Positions 50,463 to 64,000 of a stretch of DNA of 64,000 nt are shown here, one piece after another; position 1 is the first letter of the stretch; every line of letters starts with the position of its first letter. Under the pieces are notes generated by a model that was given only the letters and a program-made list of their open reading frames with translations, was not told where the DNA came from and did no database searches. Both the position numbers and the translations under genes were made by a program. Origin of the DNA: Octopus sinensis (lineage: Eukaryota); NCBI RefSeq assembly GCF_006345805.1, contig NC_043003.1:72788001-72852000 (forward strand). The letters are read 5' to 3'.

Positions 50463-53400
50463 GCATGTGCAGCCGCGACCAGGATTTCGAGACCCAGTCT
50501 CAATACCTGGCCCGCCTGTTCAGGCATCGAGGATACCCACCTACACTGGTCTTGAACGCCCTCGCCTGCGCCCGTCGCATCGACCGTACCACCGCCCTTT
50601 CTCCTTCCTCTCACCCACCCCCAACCGCACCCTCTTTCCCCTCCTTTTCCACCCCTCTACTCTACCCCTTCGTCGGAAGATACTACGTGCCTTCCGTCGC
50701 CTCCAGCTCGATCCCACGACCCGCCCCATTTCCCCCATCCCACCTCTGTCCTCCTTCAAACGAGCCCGGAATCTACGCGACCTCCTGGTCCGTAGCACCC
50801 TCTCTTCTTCCCCCTCAGCCCCACACAGATCCTTCCCGTGCTCCAGATCCCGCTGCAACACCTGTCCCTTCATCACCAACACCACTGCTGTCACCGGTTC
50901 TAACCAGAGAACTTTACGTATCAGACATTCTTTTACGTGTACTTCGTCTTGTCTCATATACTGCATTAAATGCAACCTCTGCAGAATGCTGTATATAGGA
51001 CAGACGGGACGCCAGTTGTCAGACCGATTCGCCGAACATCTAAGGGATGTTCGTCTACGGTCCAATTCTCTCGTCGCACGTCACTTCCGCTCGGCCAGCC
51101 ATTCCCCCGATGACATCTCTGTGTTTGGTCTCGCCCCACACAACGGTCCTCTACAATCCAGGCTTCACTTGGAGTAACGTTTCATTTTCACTCTACAAAC
51201 CAATATCCCACACGGACTCAACACAGCCCCCTCCTCTTAGTGACTGCGCTCCACCTCTCTCTCTTTTTTTATATTGTCCTTATACAGAAACACACACACA
51301 CACACATACTCACGTATCCACGAACACACCTACTTCCAACACACCACACACATACAACCTACATGCACATGTAGGCACACATACTTCCACACGTATACAC
51401 ACACCCACACACACCCACGCGCACACACACATGCCCGTGCACACACACCAACAAACAATACTCATACATATACGCACACTCTTATAAACACTTAGCAGAG
51501 ACACACACACACATACACGCACGTAAGCGCACACACGCACACTAGCACGCGCATGTACATTACACCCACACAACTCCAGAAGAAACCCCCGCACACACGC
51601 ATACATTCACACACACATACATACGTACACACATACATACATACGTTCATACATACATACATACACACACAAACATACACATACACACATACACACATAC
51701 ATACATACACACATACATACACACATACATACATACACACATACACACATACATACATACACACATATATACATACACACATACATACATACACACATAC
51801 ATACACATGCACACATACACACATACATACATACATACATACACACACACATACATACACACATACATACATACATACATACACACATACATACACACAT
51901 ACACGCATGCATACATACATACATACATACACACACACATACACGCATGCACACATACATACATACACACACATACATACATACATACATACACACATAC
52001 ATACACACACACACTTACACACATACACACATATATACATACATACACACATACAGACACACATACATACATACATACATACACACATACACACACATAC
52101 ACACATACATACATACACATACATACATACATACACACATACACACTCACACATACATACATACATACACACACACATACATACATACATACACACACAC
52201 ATATACACACACATACACACACACACATACATACATACATACATACATACATACATACATACATACATGCATATGTGGTTGGCTGTATTGCAGGCGTGCA
52301 TCAGTGTGTGTACGTGTATGCCTGTGGATTCGCATACACACACACCAATTTTTTTTCCATCAATCTTTCAATTATAAAGTGTCTGCTTGCATACATGCAT
52401 ATACACACATATAAACATATAAACACACATATAAACCCCTACATTTGTACACACACGCACATATATACATACATTGACTCCCATGCACGTACACACACAC
52501 GCACACGCACACATTTACATATATATACAATACACGCACACACACATACACACGTACAAACACACACATTCACATACACACCGACACATATACATACACA
52601 CAATATATACCTACACGCGCACACACACACATACACATACGTTCACACATATAAGCACAGACACACACATACATACGCACACAAAAACATGCGCACACAT
52701 ACGCACGCACACACGCAAAACTTACAACCCACGGATACACGCATATACATCCATATACGCTTACACACACACATACAAACGCACACATACACGCACACAC
52801 AACTACACGCACATACATACACACACACTAATGAACCCACATACATCCCATACCACGGCACACAACTATACATACACGCACACAATTATACATACATATA
52901 TATACACACACACGCACGTACCAGCACACACGCACACATACACTAAGTTAAGCACAGTTACTCGCCACACACCCAAACTCTACGCATACTCACACAAACA
53001 CACACATACACACACATACTACAAACAAAACACACACACGATACATATACATACACGCACACACACATACCTCTTTGTTTTTGACCTGTGACTGGACCCC
53101 AAAACACCACTCCTTAATTCTTACATACTGGCCTGCTACTAGCCAGTTGTTCGCCATACACACATACACACACACACGCACACACACACACACGTGTCAT
53201 CATTGCACACATACACACACACGCGCACATGCTGCCCTCCCCGCACGCACACACCCACACACATTCCCCCTCTCACTTTCTTTACCATACTGTCTTTGAT
53301 AAACTCTCCTGTCTTTAAAAAACATTATTCTTCTACCTTACTACTTCCGTCTTTCAATATGTGACCACGTGAGTACCACTGGCGATTTTTTTCCTCTGTC

Positions 53401-53555
53401 TTCCCTTCTCGGGATCTTTCCTTCTCTTATGTTTCAGACGAAGAAACGTTAAACCCGCCTTCTTCCCTTCTTTCCTGAGCGTCCAATAATACTTTATTTG
53501 TTCCACGTCCTTGCGTTGTTGTGTTTTTTTTTTGTTTTCTTGTTTGGATTAACTA
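50463..53555 (+). mobile_element. 5'-truncated Penelope-like element (Neptune-like): thumb + GIY-YIG, long CA-rich tract, hammerhead-bearing 3' end
   Basis: 'CSRDQDF...RGYP' then (fs) 'SFKRARNLRDLLVRS...PCSRSRCNTC...FTCTSSCLIYCIKCNLCRMLYIGQTGRQLSDRFAEH...VARHF...PHGLN'; coding ends ~51240. The family-A terminus at 53350-53555 has a stem-II-deleted hammerhead; its belonging to the same insertion is inferred. Confidence 0.85.
51285..53265. repeat. ~2-kb degenerate (CA)/(CATA) microsatellite
   Basis: Direct; source of the long HT/YI/CV ORFs. Confidence 0.95.
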
Positions 53556-55201
53556 TGTATATGTATGTATGTGTTTGCATCATTATTCAGTTTTATTTCA
53601 CGATTTCTTGCCAATAGAGTAAGAGGCGATTTCTAACCTAGATCTAAGGCTCCTTCATTGGAATTTCAGCATCAGCAGGATCATTTTTGTATGTATATTT
53701 GTATGTGTACGCACATATCTGTATGTTTTCTTTTATCTGTGTATTTTCATGCATATAATTGCATATCAAGACATGCTCGTATATACTTAAATGATAAACT
53801 TCTGGAAAGTTTTACATGTATGTATGTATGTATGTATGTATGTATGCATGCATCTCTCTTTCTCTCTCTATCTTTCAAAGTACTTTATATATTTCATACA
53901 CTTTATATACTTTATATTCATACCCTTTATATACTACTTATACTTTAAACACTGTATACACACTATGCATGTTCCGTAATTGATATACATCATAACTTTA
54001 TATACTTGATACATTCTATTCCCACCAGGCAAATATATAGCTGTCAGAAGTGGAATGAGTGTATGACGTTGCAACATAATGTAATAGTTACAGTGTGTTG
54101 TTATTCCTAGTGGCAAAAAAACCCACTAATCAAACAGCTATGATCAAAAAGAATCATGTAGTAAGAATTATAAGAAATGTATAAAGTGCATGCTTATAAA
54201 GAATATCTGATCGTTTGACAACGGGACCTAGTTTTCAAAATAAAGTTAAATATATGCTTACTAAAAATATGATCAAACTTTTGTTACACTTCTTATATTA
54301 TTTACAGTGAAAATGTATGGGTTTCGCGTTACATCTCTTCGATATCAAAAAAGCAGTAACAAGAGACCACGAGTAAGGACAGCGCAAAGTCTTACTTTCC
54401 ATTGCTGTCATTACTATTTACTCTAATATTATATATATTAATTTAGATTTTTCCTTTTTTGGACACAGTTACACAGACAGACACAGACACAGACAAAACA
54501 CAAAGACAAGCACAGACAGACATATATATTTAAAAATGCCTATGTATTGAGTACTTCATATGTTGAGTATATTTCTTATGTTATTATGCAGACGCATATA
54601 AAATTTTTATGTATCTTGTGTACTGTAGCACGAGTTTCATTAGAGCACACAGCACTAAAAACGGTGTAAAATACACGAGGGAATAGATAAAAGCTAACTG
54701 TACATCGAGACTGACTTTCTTGGTGTAAAATCCGTTATTTTCAAGAACGTCCATCGGAATCGTAGTTTTATTCAATCAGAAAGAGGCAGTTAGTTGATGT
54801 TAATAGCTAGTGCTGGGGATAACATCGTGACGTACATAGTGTTACGTAGTACCCAATCGTTTGATGGAAATACATACATACATAATATACAAGCGTGATT
54901 ATATCGAGATATGTAGTCTATTCTCTACTTAAGACTCCACATATTCATTTTTACAGACCTATGCCAACATGTATATACATAGCTATGCTAACACTACGAC
55001 AATTCACAAAAGACTTAAACACAGACCATATAGAAATGAATGTTTATTTCAAAGTTCTACATAAATAAATAAAGAGGAACAGATGAACGAGAAAAAGTGC
55101 TTGCGACGGACTGTATTTTCGCCTCCAAGAAACTCACTGTAATTGAACAATTAGCCATTACACATTCTCTCTCTTTCCTTCTCTCTCCGTACACACACAC
55201 A

Positions 55202-55234
<33 letters not shown>

Positions 55235-55517
55235 GGCATAGTTTTTCCACCCACTATCCTGTAATGCACTTGGATAAATTATCAGTGATGTTTTCGGGGG
55301 TCGTTAGGTGTTTCACCCAGCGTTTACTCAATCGGAGATTGTTGAAGTCACAGCTTGCATGCAGTTAGCACTGCTCTAGCTAGCACCCTATGTATATATA
55401 CATCTCCCTCTATCTATCTATTTATCTTTTTGTATATATATGCACATGCACACAGACACACACGCTCACACACATACACACACACATACACACACAAACA
55501 TGTATATAAATACATAT

Positions 55518-55566
<49 letters not shown>

Positions 55567-55689
55567 CATATTCACATGTATGTGGCCAGTATGCGCATAT
55601 GTTCCTCCAAGAAACACAGTGTCTGTCAATGAACAATTAGTTAATACAAATCTCTGTTCTTTTGTCTCCCTGTTACACACACATACACA

Positions 55690-55779
<90 letters not shown>

Positions 55780-55859
55780 ACTTTGATAGGTTTCGACCAG
55801 TATAGACCCAGGCCATGTCTAACTTAATAGCACCGCCTAGTAAAAATATATATATTTCA

Positions 55860-56575
55860 ATGAAAATTAAGGATTAAATCTACATAAGATTTCATCAAGT
55901 AGCCAGCGTGTAATACGAAGTACATAATTTGTTCATAATCAAGTTTGTTCATCTCAGCCACGTGCGAATAACCAAAATAGTTCAGTACTGAATAAAGTCT
56001 GGTTTAATATTCATAAATTTAAAATTAAGGATAAATCTATATAAGCTTTTATCATATAGCCAGCGTGCAAAACCAATTAAGGTAAGGATTAATACGAAGT
56101 ATATAATTTTATACATATGATTATAAAATCATAGTAAGTGCAATTACGAGAGTTAATGCCACACGCTGGAAGAAGACGCCAAATAGCTCTAAACTACTTT
56201 ATCACAAATACACACGCGCTGACAGCATGGGAATGAACAAAAAGATCTTTTGAATAAGTTTAGTCATATATCGAATGATTTCAAGGTTAGTGAAGTAATA
56301 CACTTTCCTATCATCAGCATGACATAACCACAAATACGTAAATATAAACACCTATACATAACATATGAATAAAACGTATCCATAGAGCATATACAAATGT
56401 TTACACTCATATACAAGTGAAAAATCTAGTTTGTTCATCTCAGTCTCGTACGAATAACCAAAGTAATTCAGCAATGAATAAATTCTGGTTTAATATTTAT
56501 CAATTAGAATTAAGGATAACATCTTTATAAGCTTTTATCAAATAGCCAGGTGCAAAACCAATTAAGGTACAAATT
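55860..56575. repeat. Partially tandem ~160-bp repeat units of an unclassified element
   Basis: 'ttaaggat.aatcta.ataag.ttt.atca..tagccag' occurs three times; 'gtttgttcatctcag...cgaataacca' occurs twice. Confidence 0.65.
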
Positions 56576-57009
56576 ATGTTTCTTAATTCGACAGGCAGAA
56601 ATTAATTAAACAATTTTAATGGAAAAGAAAGTATTGTTCGGGTTGAAGCGAAATTTGTCACTCCATGAACCAAAGAGTCAGTATCGAAGGAACCAGAAAG
56701 AAACCGTCGACAGCTGAAAAACACGAAACCGTACGGAGTGAAGTGAAATTAATGAAGATACTTCTGTCAGTAAATTATGAAATTACTTACATCAGTAATT
56801 GTGAACTTCTTTCTGTCGGTAATTTATTGTTTGTTTGTAAATAGCGATTCAAAACTTAGACTTAAAGTGAAAACAGTAACATGGAAGTGAAACAATGGCG
56901 TATGAAAATTGAAAGTGAAAAGAAAAGCGTCTGAAAAATGAAAGTGAAAACAAGAGATATAAATAGAGAGATATGTTACAGAGAGATAGAGAATGATAGA
57001 GAGATGGAT

Positions 57010-57042
<33 letters not shown>

Positions 57043-57296
57043 AATATATTACATCACTGATGGTAGGAAACCGGAGGTAAATATTTAAAAATCTTTGAAA
57101 GACGTGAATTAATATGAAAATAAAAAAGTTTTATTTAAAAAAAAATCAATAAAAAAATCAAAAGAAGACCCTATTATATGTCCGAGGTCAAATTATTCAT
57201 ACATCAGAAGAATGGAAGTAATTGGTGAAGCCGTTTACGCATTAAAAGTGGATACGCACACATCTCTATTTCATATATATATATATATATATATGA

Positions 57297-57353
57297 TCGC
57301 AACTGTCCGACGAACGGAAACTGGAAACTCTGAGTAACACTTTGTTACTGCTT

Positions 57354-57360
<7 letters not shown>
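57297..57360 (+). ncRNA. Minimal hammerhead-like motif (CCGACGA variant), same family as the 48.2-kb palindrome
   Basis: TGT-CCGACGA-A-CGG-aaa-CTG-GAAA-CTCTGAG-TA-ACA, between (TA)n and (CA)n. Confidence 0.6.
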
Positions 57361-57410
<50 letters not shown>

Positions 57411-58172
57411 GAGTGTGTATATATATAAGCTATCTTTCCATATAATTAATTAGCTATATAATATTCCTATCATTTATTGTAACCGAGTTTAAATATATCG
57501 CACATATGTACATATGAAAAACGGATATTGCTTAATATAGCTACAATAATTCTCACATAAAACACTGGTAAAATAGATCACATATAACTTAGGTGAAAAA
57601 AGTCCACACATAACATATAACGCAGATGGAAAAATATGTTGAACGAAGGTATAATTGTGTTCACATATAATACATTTGAAATAAATATCATATAATATAT
57701 ATACAACAGTGCTCATATAAAATGCGCCTAGGAAATTAATGACACAAACTAAGTCAATACTGTAACTGCATTGTAATTAATCATTAACCTTTATTAGGCT
57801 TCAAGTTTTGCTGAGTATTTTTCATTCAAGATGTATACAACATTAGAGCAAAGATTGTTTCTAAATTAGATCTTGTTTTTTTAAATCGTAATATCAATAC
57901 TAAATGCAGGCAAGTGGATGACTAATTACTTCTGTGATGTTGAAAACATGAGTCTATAGTTGTACATGACAGTGCTTTGAGGGTTTTGAGAAAAACGACG
58001 CGTATAATTTTCCCAACGGTAAGAACCGACTTACCGTTTATAGACTATGTCCACAGATTGACGACAAAACAATAATAAGAAAATTCAATCAAGAAGCAAA
58101 GACATTTATTTATTATTTACTGTGTGGTAGATAAATTCGTAGTCTGACTCGATGTTGTTGCAGCTGCTTCTG

Positions 58173-58258
<86 letters not shown>

Positions 58259-58309
58259 ACTACTACTACTACTACCACCACCACCACCACCACCACCACC
58301 ACCACCACC

Positions 58310-58358
<49 letters not shown>

Positions 58359-58364
58359 TATAGC

Positions 58365-61258
58365 GAGTGAAGATGAAGTGGTCACAGAGAATATTGACAA
58401 GGTTGTAATGAATGAAAGTGTTCAAGAAAATGATACTGGTTTAAGTTTTGAGAATGTAGAGGGACTGAGCGATGAAGACAGAGGAATGATCGAAGACATG
58501 ACTGGTACCATTGAAAGAAGTTTGGATATGGAAAAATGGATTCAAGAAAGTGGATAGAATTTTGTTCAGTGGGTGACTAGGAAGGTGGATAAAGTACGGA
58601 AAGAAATTAAGACGGATAATATAACTGGAGCGTATAGATTGATTAAAGCGTAAAAGAAGAAACGTAGTAAAAGAGCCTAGAGGTAAAGAAAGATAAAGCT
58701 ATCAATGAATGAACTATTAAAATAGATCAACACATTGGAAAGAAAGAAACAAGGAGAAATCGGGAAGAAGGAGAAAGATTAGGAATTAGAACGTCAAGAT
58801 AGGATCAAGAAAAAGGAGATTAAATATCGTTGTTGAAGAGCTAAAACAAAGACTCCAGGTTAAAGCTACAAAAATTAAGAAACATGATCAAAGAATTGAA
58901 CAATATAAGACCAGCAGACTGTTCTACACAATCAGAAATGTGTTTATTAGAAGCTGAACAGAAAAGTCAACAACAGTGAGAAACTGGACGCTGGATAAAG
59001 TTGGAGGAATAACATCTAATAACATTTTGGAATAACATCTGAGATAATGCAAAGAATCACAAGAAAGATGTTGAATATTTGAGGGAATTAAGACTGGAGA
59101 AAAATGAAGTGAAACAGAACAATATAAGAATAACGACTGAGGTGGTAACTTATCATGCAACAAAGGTTACAAACTAGAAATGTCCAGGCTCGGATAGAGT
59201 ACAAGGGTACTGGCTGAAAAATTCCTTGCACTACACAAAAGAATAGCAACGCAAATAGACGAAGTGGTCAGCAACGGGTTGGAAATCCCAGAATGGATAA
59301 CCAAAGAGAAAACAGATCTTTGCCAAAAGGACCCCTGTAAAAGCAATGCAGTTGTTGATAATTACCGGTCGATCACGTGCCTGCTCTTGATGTGGAACTT
59401 AATGACAGGAATAATATCTAATTGTGTGTATGGCTTCATTGAAATGAACAACAAGCTGTCAGTAGAACAGAAGGGATGCAGAAGGAAAAACCTGAGGACA
59501 AAAGACCAATTTCTGATTGACAGAATGGTGCTGAGGTGCTGAAGGTCTGTAAGAAAAGGCATACTAATCTTGGCATGGCCTGGATTTTAGAAAGTCTTGA
59601 GTTGGTATAGGTGTCTGATAACATTAAAAATTTTATGTAGAGATCAATGAAGAACTGGAACGCAGAGTTAATATCACGTGGAGAACTTTTAGTGAAGATT
59701 AATGCCAGGAGAGGCATATTTCAGGGAGGTAGTCTGTCGCCATTGCTGTTTGTGACTTGTATGATACTTCTCACAAAAATATTACAGAAAGTGATATCGC
59801 GGTGCTCCTTGAAAAGTGGAGAAAGTTGAATCACCTGTTAAATATGGAAGATTTAAAGATCTTAGTTAAGAGTGAACATGAAATAAATGGTCTGATTTTA
59901 ACAGTGCAGATATTCAGTAAAGATAGAATTTTGGATTAAAAAGTGTGGTATGTTTATCATAAAAAAGAGGGAAAGCAGTATCATCTCATGATGTTGGACT
60001 ATGCAATGGCGAGAGCATCAAGGATGTTGAGGTATCTGAGCATTTTGGAGTATGACAAAACAAGGAAAATTTTAAGCGAGAATGCTTCAAAAAACCAAAT
60101 TAAATATGGAGAGTAGATCAGAACAATGGATACATGCAGTCTTCTTAATACTATTTGGCGCAGGTGAAAAACCAGGAAAATGATGACAATGAACAAAAAA
60201 CTGCACTCTAAAAACAATACAGATAGATTATATGTGCTTAGAAACAAAGGAAGGAAGAGGTCTCATAGGATGAAAATCTGCGTCGTCAATGAAAAAAAAA
60301 AAACAGTATGAGATTGAACGGTCGGCTGTCGCTGTTTATATCACACGATACCAAGTGAAAATGTGATACACCCAAAAATATTTAAGAAGCAAGATGGAGA
60401 ACAAAGATCGAACAATGGAAAATAAAAACAATGTATGAGTAATACCTCACAGAAAGCGAAAGACAAGACCAACAACTGGAGGTGGCTAAGGAAAAGTGAC
60501 CTGAAAGGATGCACTGAGGCACAGGAAAAAGCTCTGAGAACTGATTATACCAAGTTCCGAATAGATGAGATCAGTGAATCGCTCCTTTGTTGGATGTATG
60601 GCATCAAAAATGAAACAGTTTCATTTTGGACGAATGGCATAAAAAATGAAACAGTTTAACATATGAGTGAGTGTAGCAGATTGGCCCCAAAAGAATACCA
60701 AGGGAGGCATAAAAGTGTAGTTAATTATTGTCATTGGAGATTATGTGAGAAGTACAGCCTTGAAACTCCATTGAAATGATACGAGCATAAAAAAAGAAGG
60801 CGTCATCGAGAATAACGAGTATAGTGTCTTGTGGGATTTTACTAGCGAGTGTGATTCAGTGATAGAAGATCGAAAACCAGACATTGTTGTAGTCTATAAA
60901 ATGATGAAGGGAATCAAGATCATAGATATTCCCATACCCAGGGATGTTCGAATGGGTGACAAAGAACTGGAAAAGATTGAGAAGTGCAAGCCATTAAAAA
61001 ATGAAATTGCACGAATATGGGAAATGAAGAACGTAACTGTCATCCCATTAATGGGAGCATAAACAACTACTTTTGAGAAATTGGGATAGACATAAGGGTA
61101 GAACGCACACAGAAAACTGGTCTATTGAGACAGCGAGGATTTTTGAGATTGGAACTTGGGTTAAGAGACTTTTTGGAATCCTTGATAACAGGTTGTTTTT
61201 CGGTCTTACAGAATTAACTGAAGCAAGTGAAATCGTGAGCTCTGAGAAGCGAAATGGA

Positions 61259-61260
<2 letters not shown>
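58365..61260 (+). mobile_element. Old, heavily decayed R4/Dong-clade LINE
   Basis: 'NYRSITCL', 'EQKGCRR', 'RRGIFQGGSLSPLLFV', 'LNHLLNMEDLK', 'LWDF...RKPDIVV...IIDIPIP...KELEKIEK'; ends in (AAT)n. Confidence 0.88.
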
Positions 61261-61332
<72 letters not shown>

Positions 61333-61333
61333 C

Positions 61334-61390
<57 letters not shown>

Positions 61391-61693
61391 GATGAAAAAT
61401 AAGGGAAAGTGGATATATAATGTTTCAGTATAGAGATATATTACACATATGTGTGTGTATATATGTATGTATGTATGTATGTATATATGTGCTTGTGTAT
61501 GTATGTGTGTAAACATGCACACAGTTATATATTAGCATATACATACACATATTTAGGCGTAGATACATATAATTTACACAATCGAATGTACACACTCAAT
61601 GTATATACATTTATATGTGTATGTACGTGTGTATGTGGGTGGGTGTATGTATATATATATCTATATATACGTATATGTGTATATATATATGTA

Positions 61694-61753
<60 letters not shown>

Positions 61754-64000
61754 GTATATATATATGTGTATGTACGTGTATGCGTGTGTATGTGTGTGCG
61801 TGTGTGTGTGTGAGAGAGAGAGACTTCGCATGGTTTTATTAGTAAATAAAATGAGAACAATGCACCCAAGTTTTCCTGTTCTGTTTATTTGTCATCAAAA
61901 TTCGAGCTAATCTATTCTATTATCGCCTTTCTTCCCAAATACTAACATTTATTACAAAGTTCGCTGAGCGGCAAGTAAATTATACTGTCTGTTAAAACAA
62001 AATATTTGATTATACGTGGCATCATTTGCCCTGTAACCTGGAATCATCAAACTGGAACCAGCGTTAGGTCAACGCAATTTTCAGACATAAAATACAGTTG
62101 CCGATTTAATTATGTATAACTGTTGAAACTAAATGTATTCACAATTGCCGCATATATTTTTGTGTGATTGGTTTTTGCATAATTAAATCAGAAATTTCAT
62201 TAGTAGCTTTTTCGAATCAGATTTAAAATGAATGTTGACACATGTAATTTATTCATTGGTAAACATAATCTTGAGTACAAACTTGTTCAACTTGGAAAAT
62301 ACTGAGTACGTTTGTATGAGATAGAAATATGGAGGAATAGCACTCCCTTTTTTGGCGACATCTGATGGCCCAGCTATCGTATTTATATGAGATGACGAAC
62401 ATGCAGAGTCGTAAGAGGATCATTGAGGTATTTACTTGGGCTCTCTATTCTCTGAGGTCGAATCTCACCGAGGCCAACGTTGCGTTCTATTCTTCCCGGC
62501 TCCAGAAATAGGGCATCAGTTCAGAGAGTGGACAAGCGAAATTGTTAAAGTACTGGACGAGGTGTCTTGCTTTAACTCTTCCGATGTTTAGTGTTCTGAG
62601 TTCAAATTCTGTATTACATCATCGGCTTCCTGTTTGCGGGAAACGGTTCCGTTGTTACTCTGCGGCAGAAAATCAGTAGCAGACGAAAATCACCCAGCAT
62701 CAAAGGTGAGAATACCGGATGAACATTTCTGCCTCATTGGGCTTTGTTGGTATCATACACCCACTGTTAATCACATGTCTAGACAAAATCCGTTCCTGCA
62801 GTTAATGTGAAAATATCTTACTGTTCTTTTATGCAGACAATAAATAATTTGGTATCTTTCACATATGTGCTTCAGGGAGGCTTATCATCTCAATAGAGAA
62901 GATGCACTTTAATTCTTCCGCTACCCAGTGAAGCAATAGTCTAAATCACTCTATAGAGCAATAGCTTATCAGGATATAACATTAACAGTCTTCTTGATTT
63001 GCATATAATATGGAAACAGTTCATTAAATATCGCGTATAAATTTATATTTAATATATACTTTCGGGGATGTAGCTGCTATTTCTAACATGTTGACCGATT
63101 GCATAGAGGTTCCCTGGGATAATTGACTTTCTTGCCGAATGTCAGTTATCGAGATTGCCTGTAAAATAATGAGACTGATTAAAACAATAGTAACCTCGCT
63201 CAGATACACAAAGAAAATAGTCACGTGCCTCGTTACAAAAATCAATAATTTTGGTTGGAAAAATGTTAAACACTTCTAGATTCAAACAACGAAAGAGAAA
63301 TGTGTAGGTGTATGATTAATCGATACCCAGACATATGGTTCTTAGTAGAATCGCTGGACACTAAAATGAACAAAGCATGCGAGATCAAACAGGACTAAAG
63401 CTTTTAAGAAAATTGGAAATCATTTGCTGTAAATCTGACAGATTTATTTTTTCCTCGAGATATTGAATTTTGGACTGTTCACAACTACTAATGCATAAAA
63501 TAGCTTTCAAAATTCTCAAATTTCAGTGCAGAGGAGGGGAAACTATATTTGCAGATTAAAATAGAAAGTTTTTTGATGCAATTTAAAGGTTTTGTAGCCA
63601 TTTGCAGTGATGTTTCGCATTTGATTTTACTTAGAAATTTTAATGAAAGCAAATTGGATTTGTCGTTTCTCTCGTGGAATGTTTGGCTGAAGAATTTTAA
63701 ACGCAGATTATTAAGTTGAAATGTTCAGAAGAATTGTAGGATTGTACATAAAATTACACTAACAAAGGTTAAGTACTGCTATTGTGGTTTAGCTTTGATG
63801 CAGGCAAATTCCAACAAACTTAAAATCCTGTCGTGACAATTTCGAACTTTTCTGGTAGAGTGTATTTAGGACTATGACGGCGGGGGTTTAATTTCTTTAT
63901 TTCGTATCCAAATCAGTCGACAATATTGTCGCTACAGATTTCACTTGCGTTTTGTGGATTGTTATCTGTATTAGGCTGTCGCTCTATCCAGGATCACATT

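Noticed and set aside
51492-53091. Long ORFs of 200-379 aa (HT/YI/CV-rich)
   Set aside because: Translations of (CA)/(CATA) microsatellite. The same applies to most ORF-track entries (poly-N, -I, -L, -Y, IYLS).

Overview
AT-rich, microsatellite-dense animal genomic DNA, most likely cephalopod/octopus (inferred from the SINE/LINE repertoire and a mollusc-like 5S sequence; not verified by search). I see no convincing host protein-coding exon, and nearly all ORF-track entries are translations of simple repeats. The window is a transposon graveyard. It holds R4/Dong-clade RLE LINEs in (TAA)n, Tx1/L1-clade LINEs in (TATC)n, RTE and CR1-like fragments, two clades of Penelope-like elements (a Neptune-like GIY-YIG 3' end and a YRDD Naiad-like copy), a full-length defective mariner with TA TSD, Helitron remnants and several tRNA-SINE families. 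The most interesting signals are in RNA structure: (1) a candidate non-circularly permuted hammerhead ribozyme at 1883-1957; (2) about ten minimal, probably dimer-dependent hammerhead motifs in Penelope-derived 3' ends, including recurrent CCGANGA core variants and a head-to-head palindromic pair; (3) a 5S rRNA-SINE chimera inside one 17-bp TSD; (4) a SINE whose 3' tail matches the 3' end of the Tx1-like LINE.
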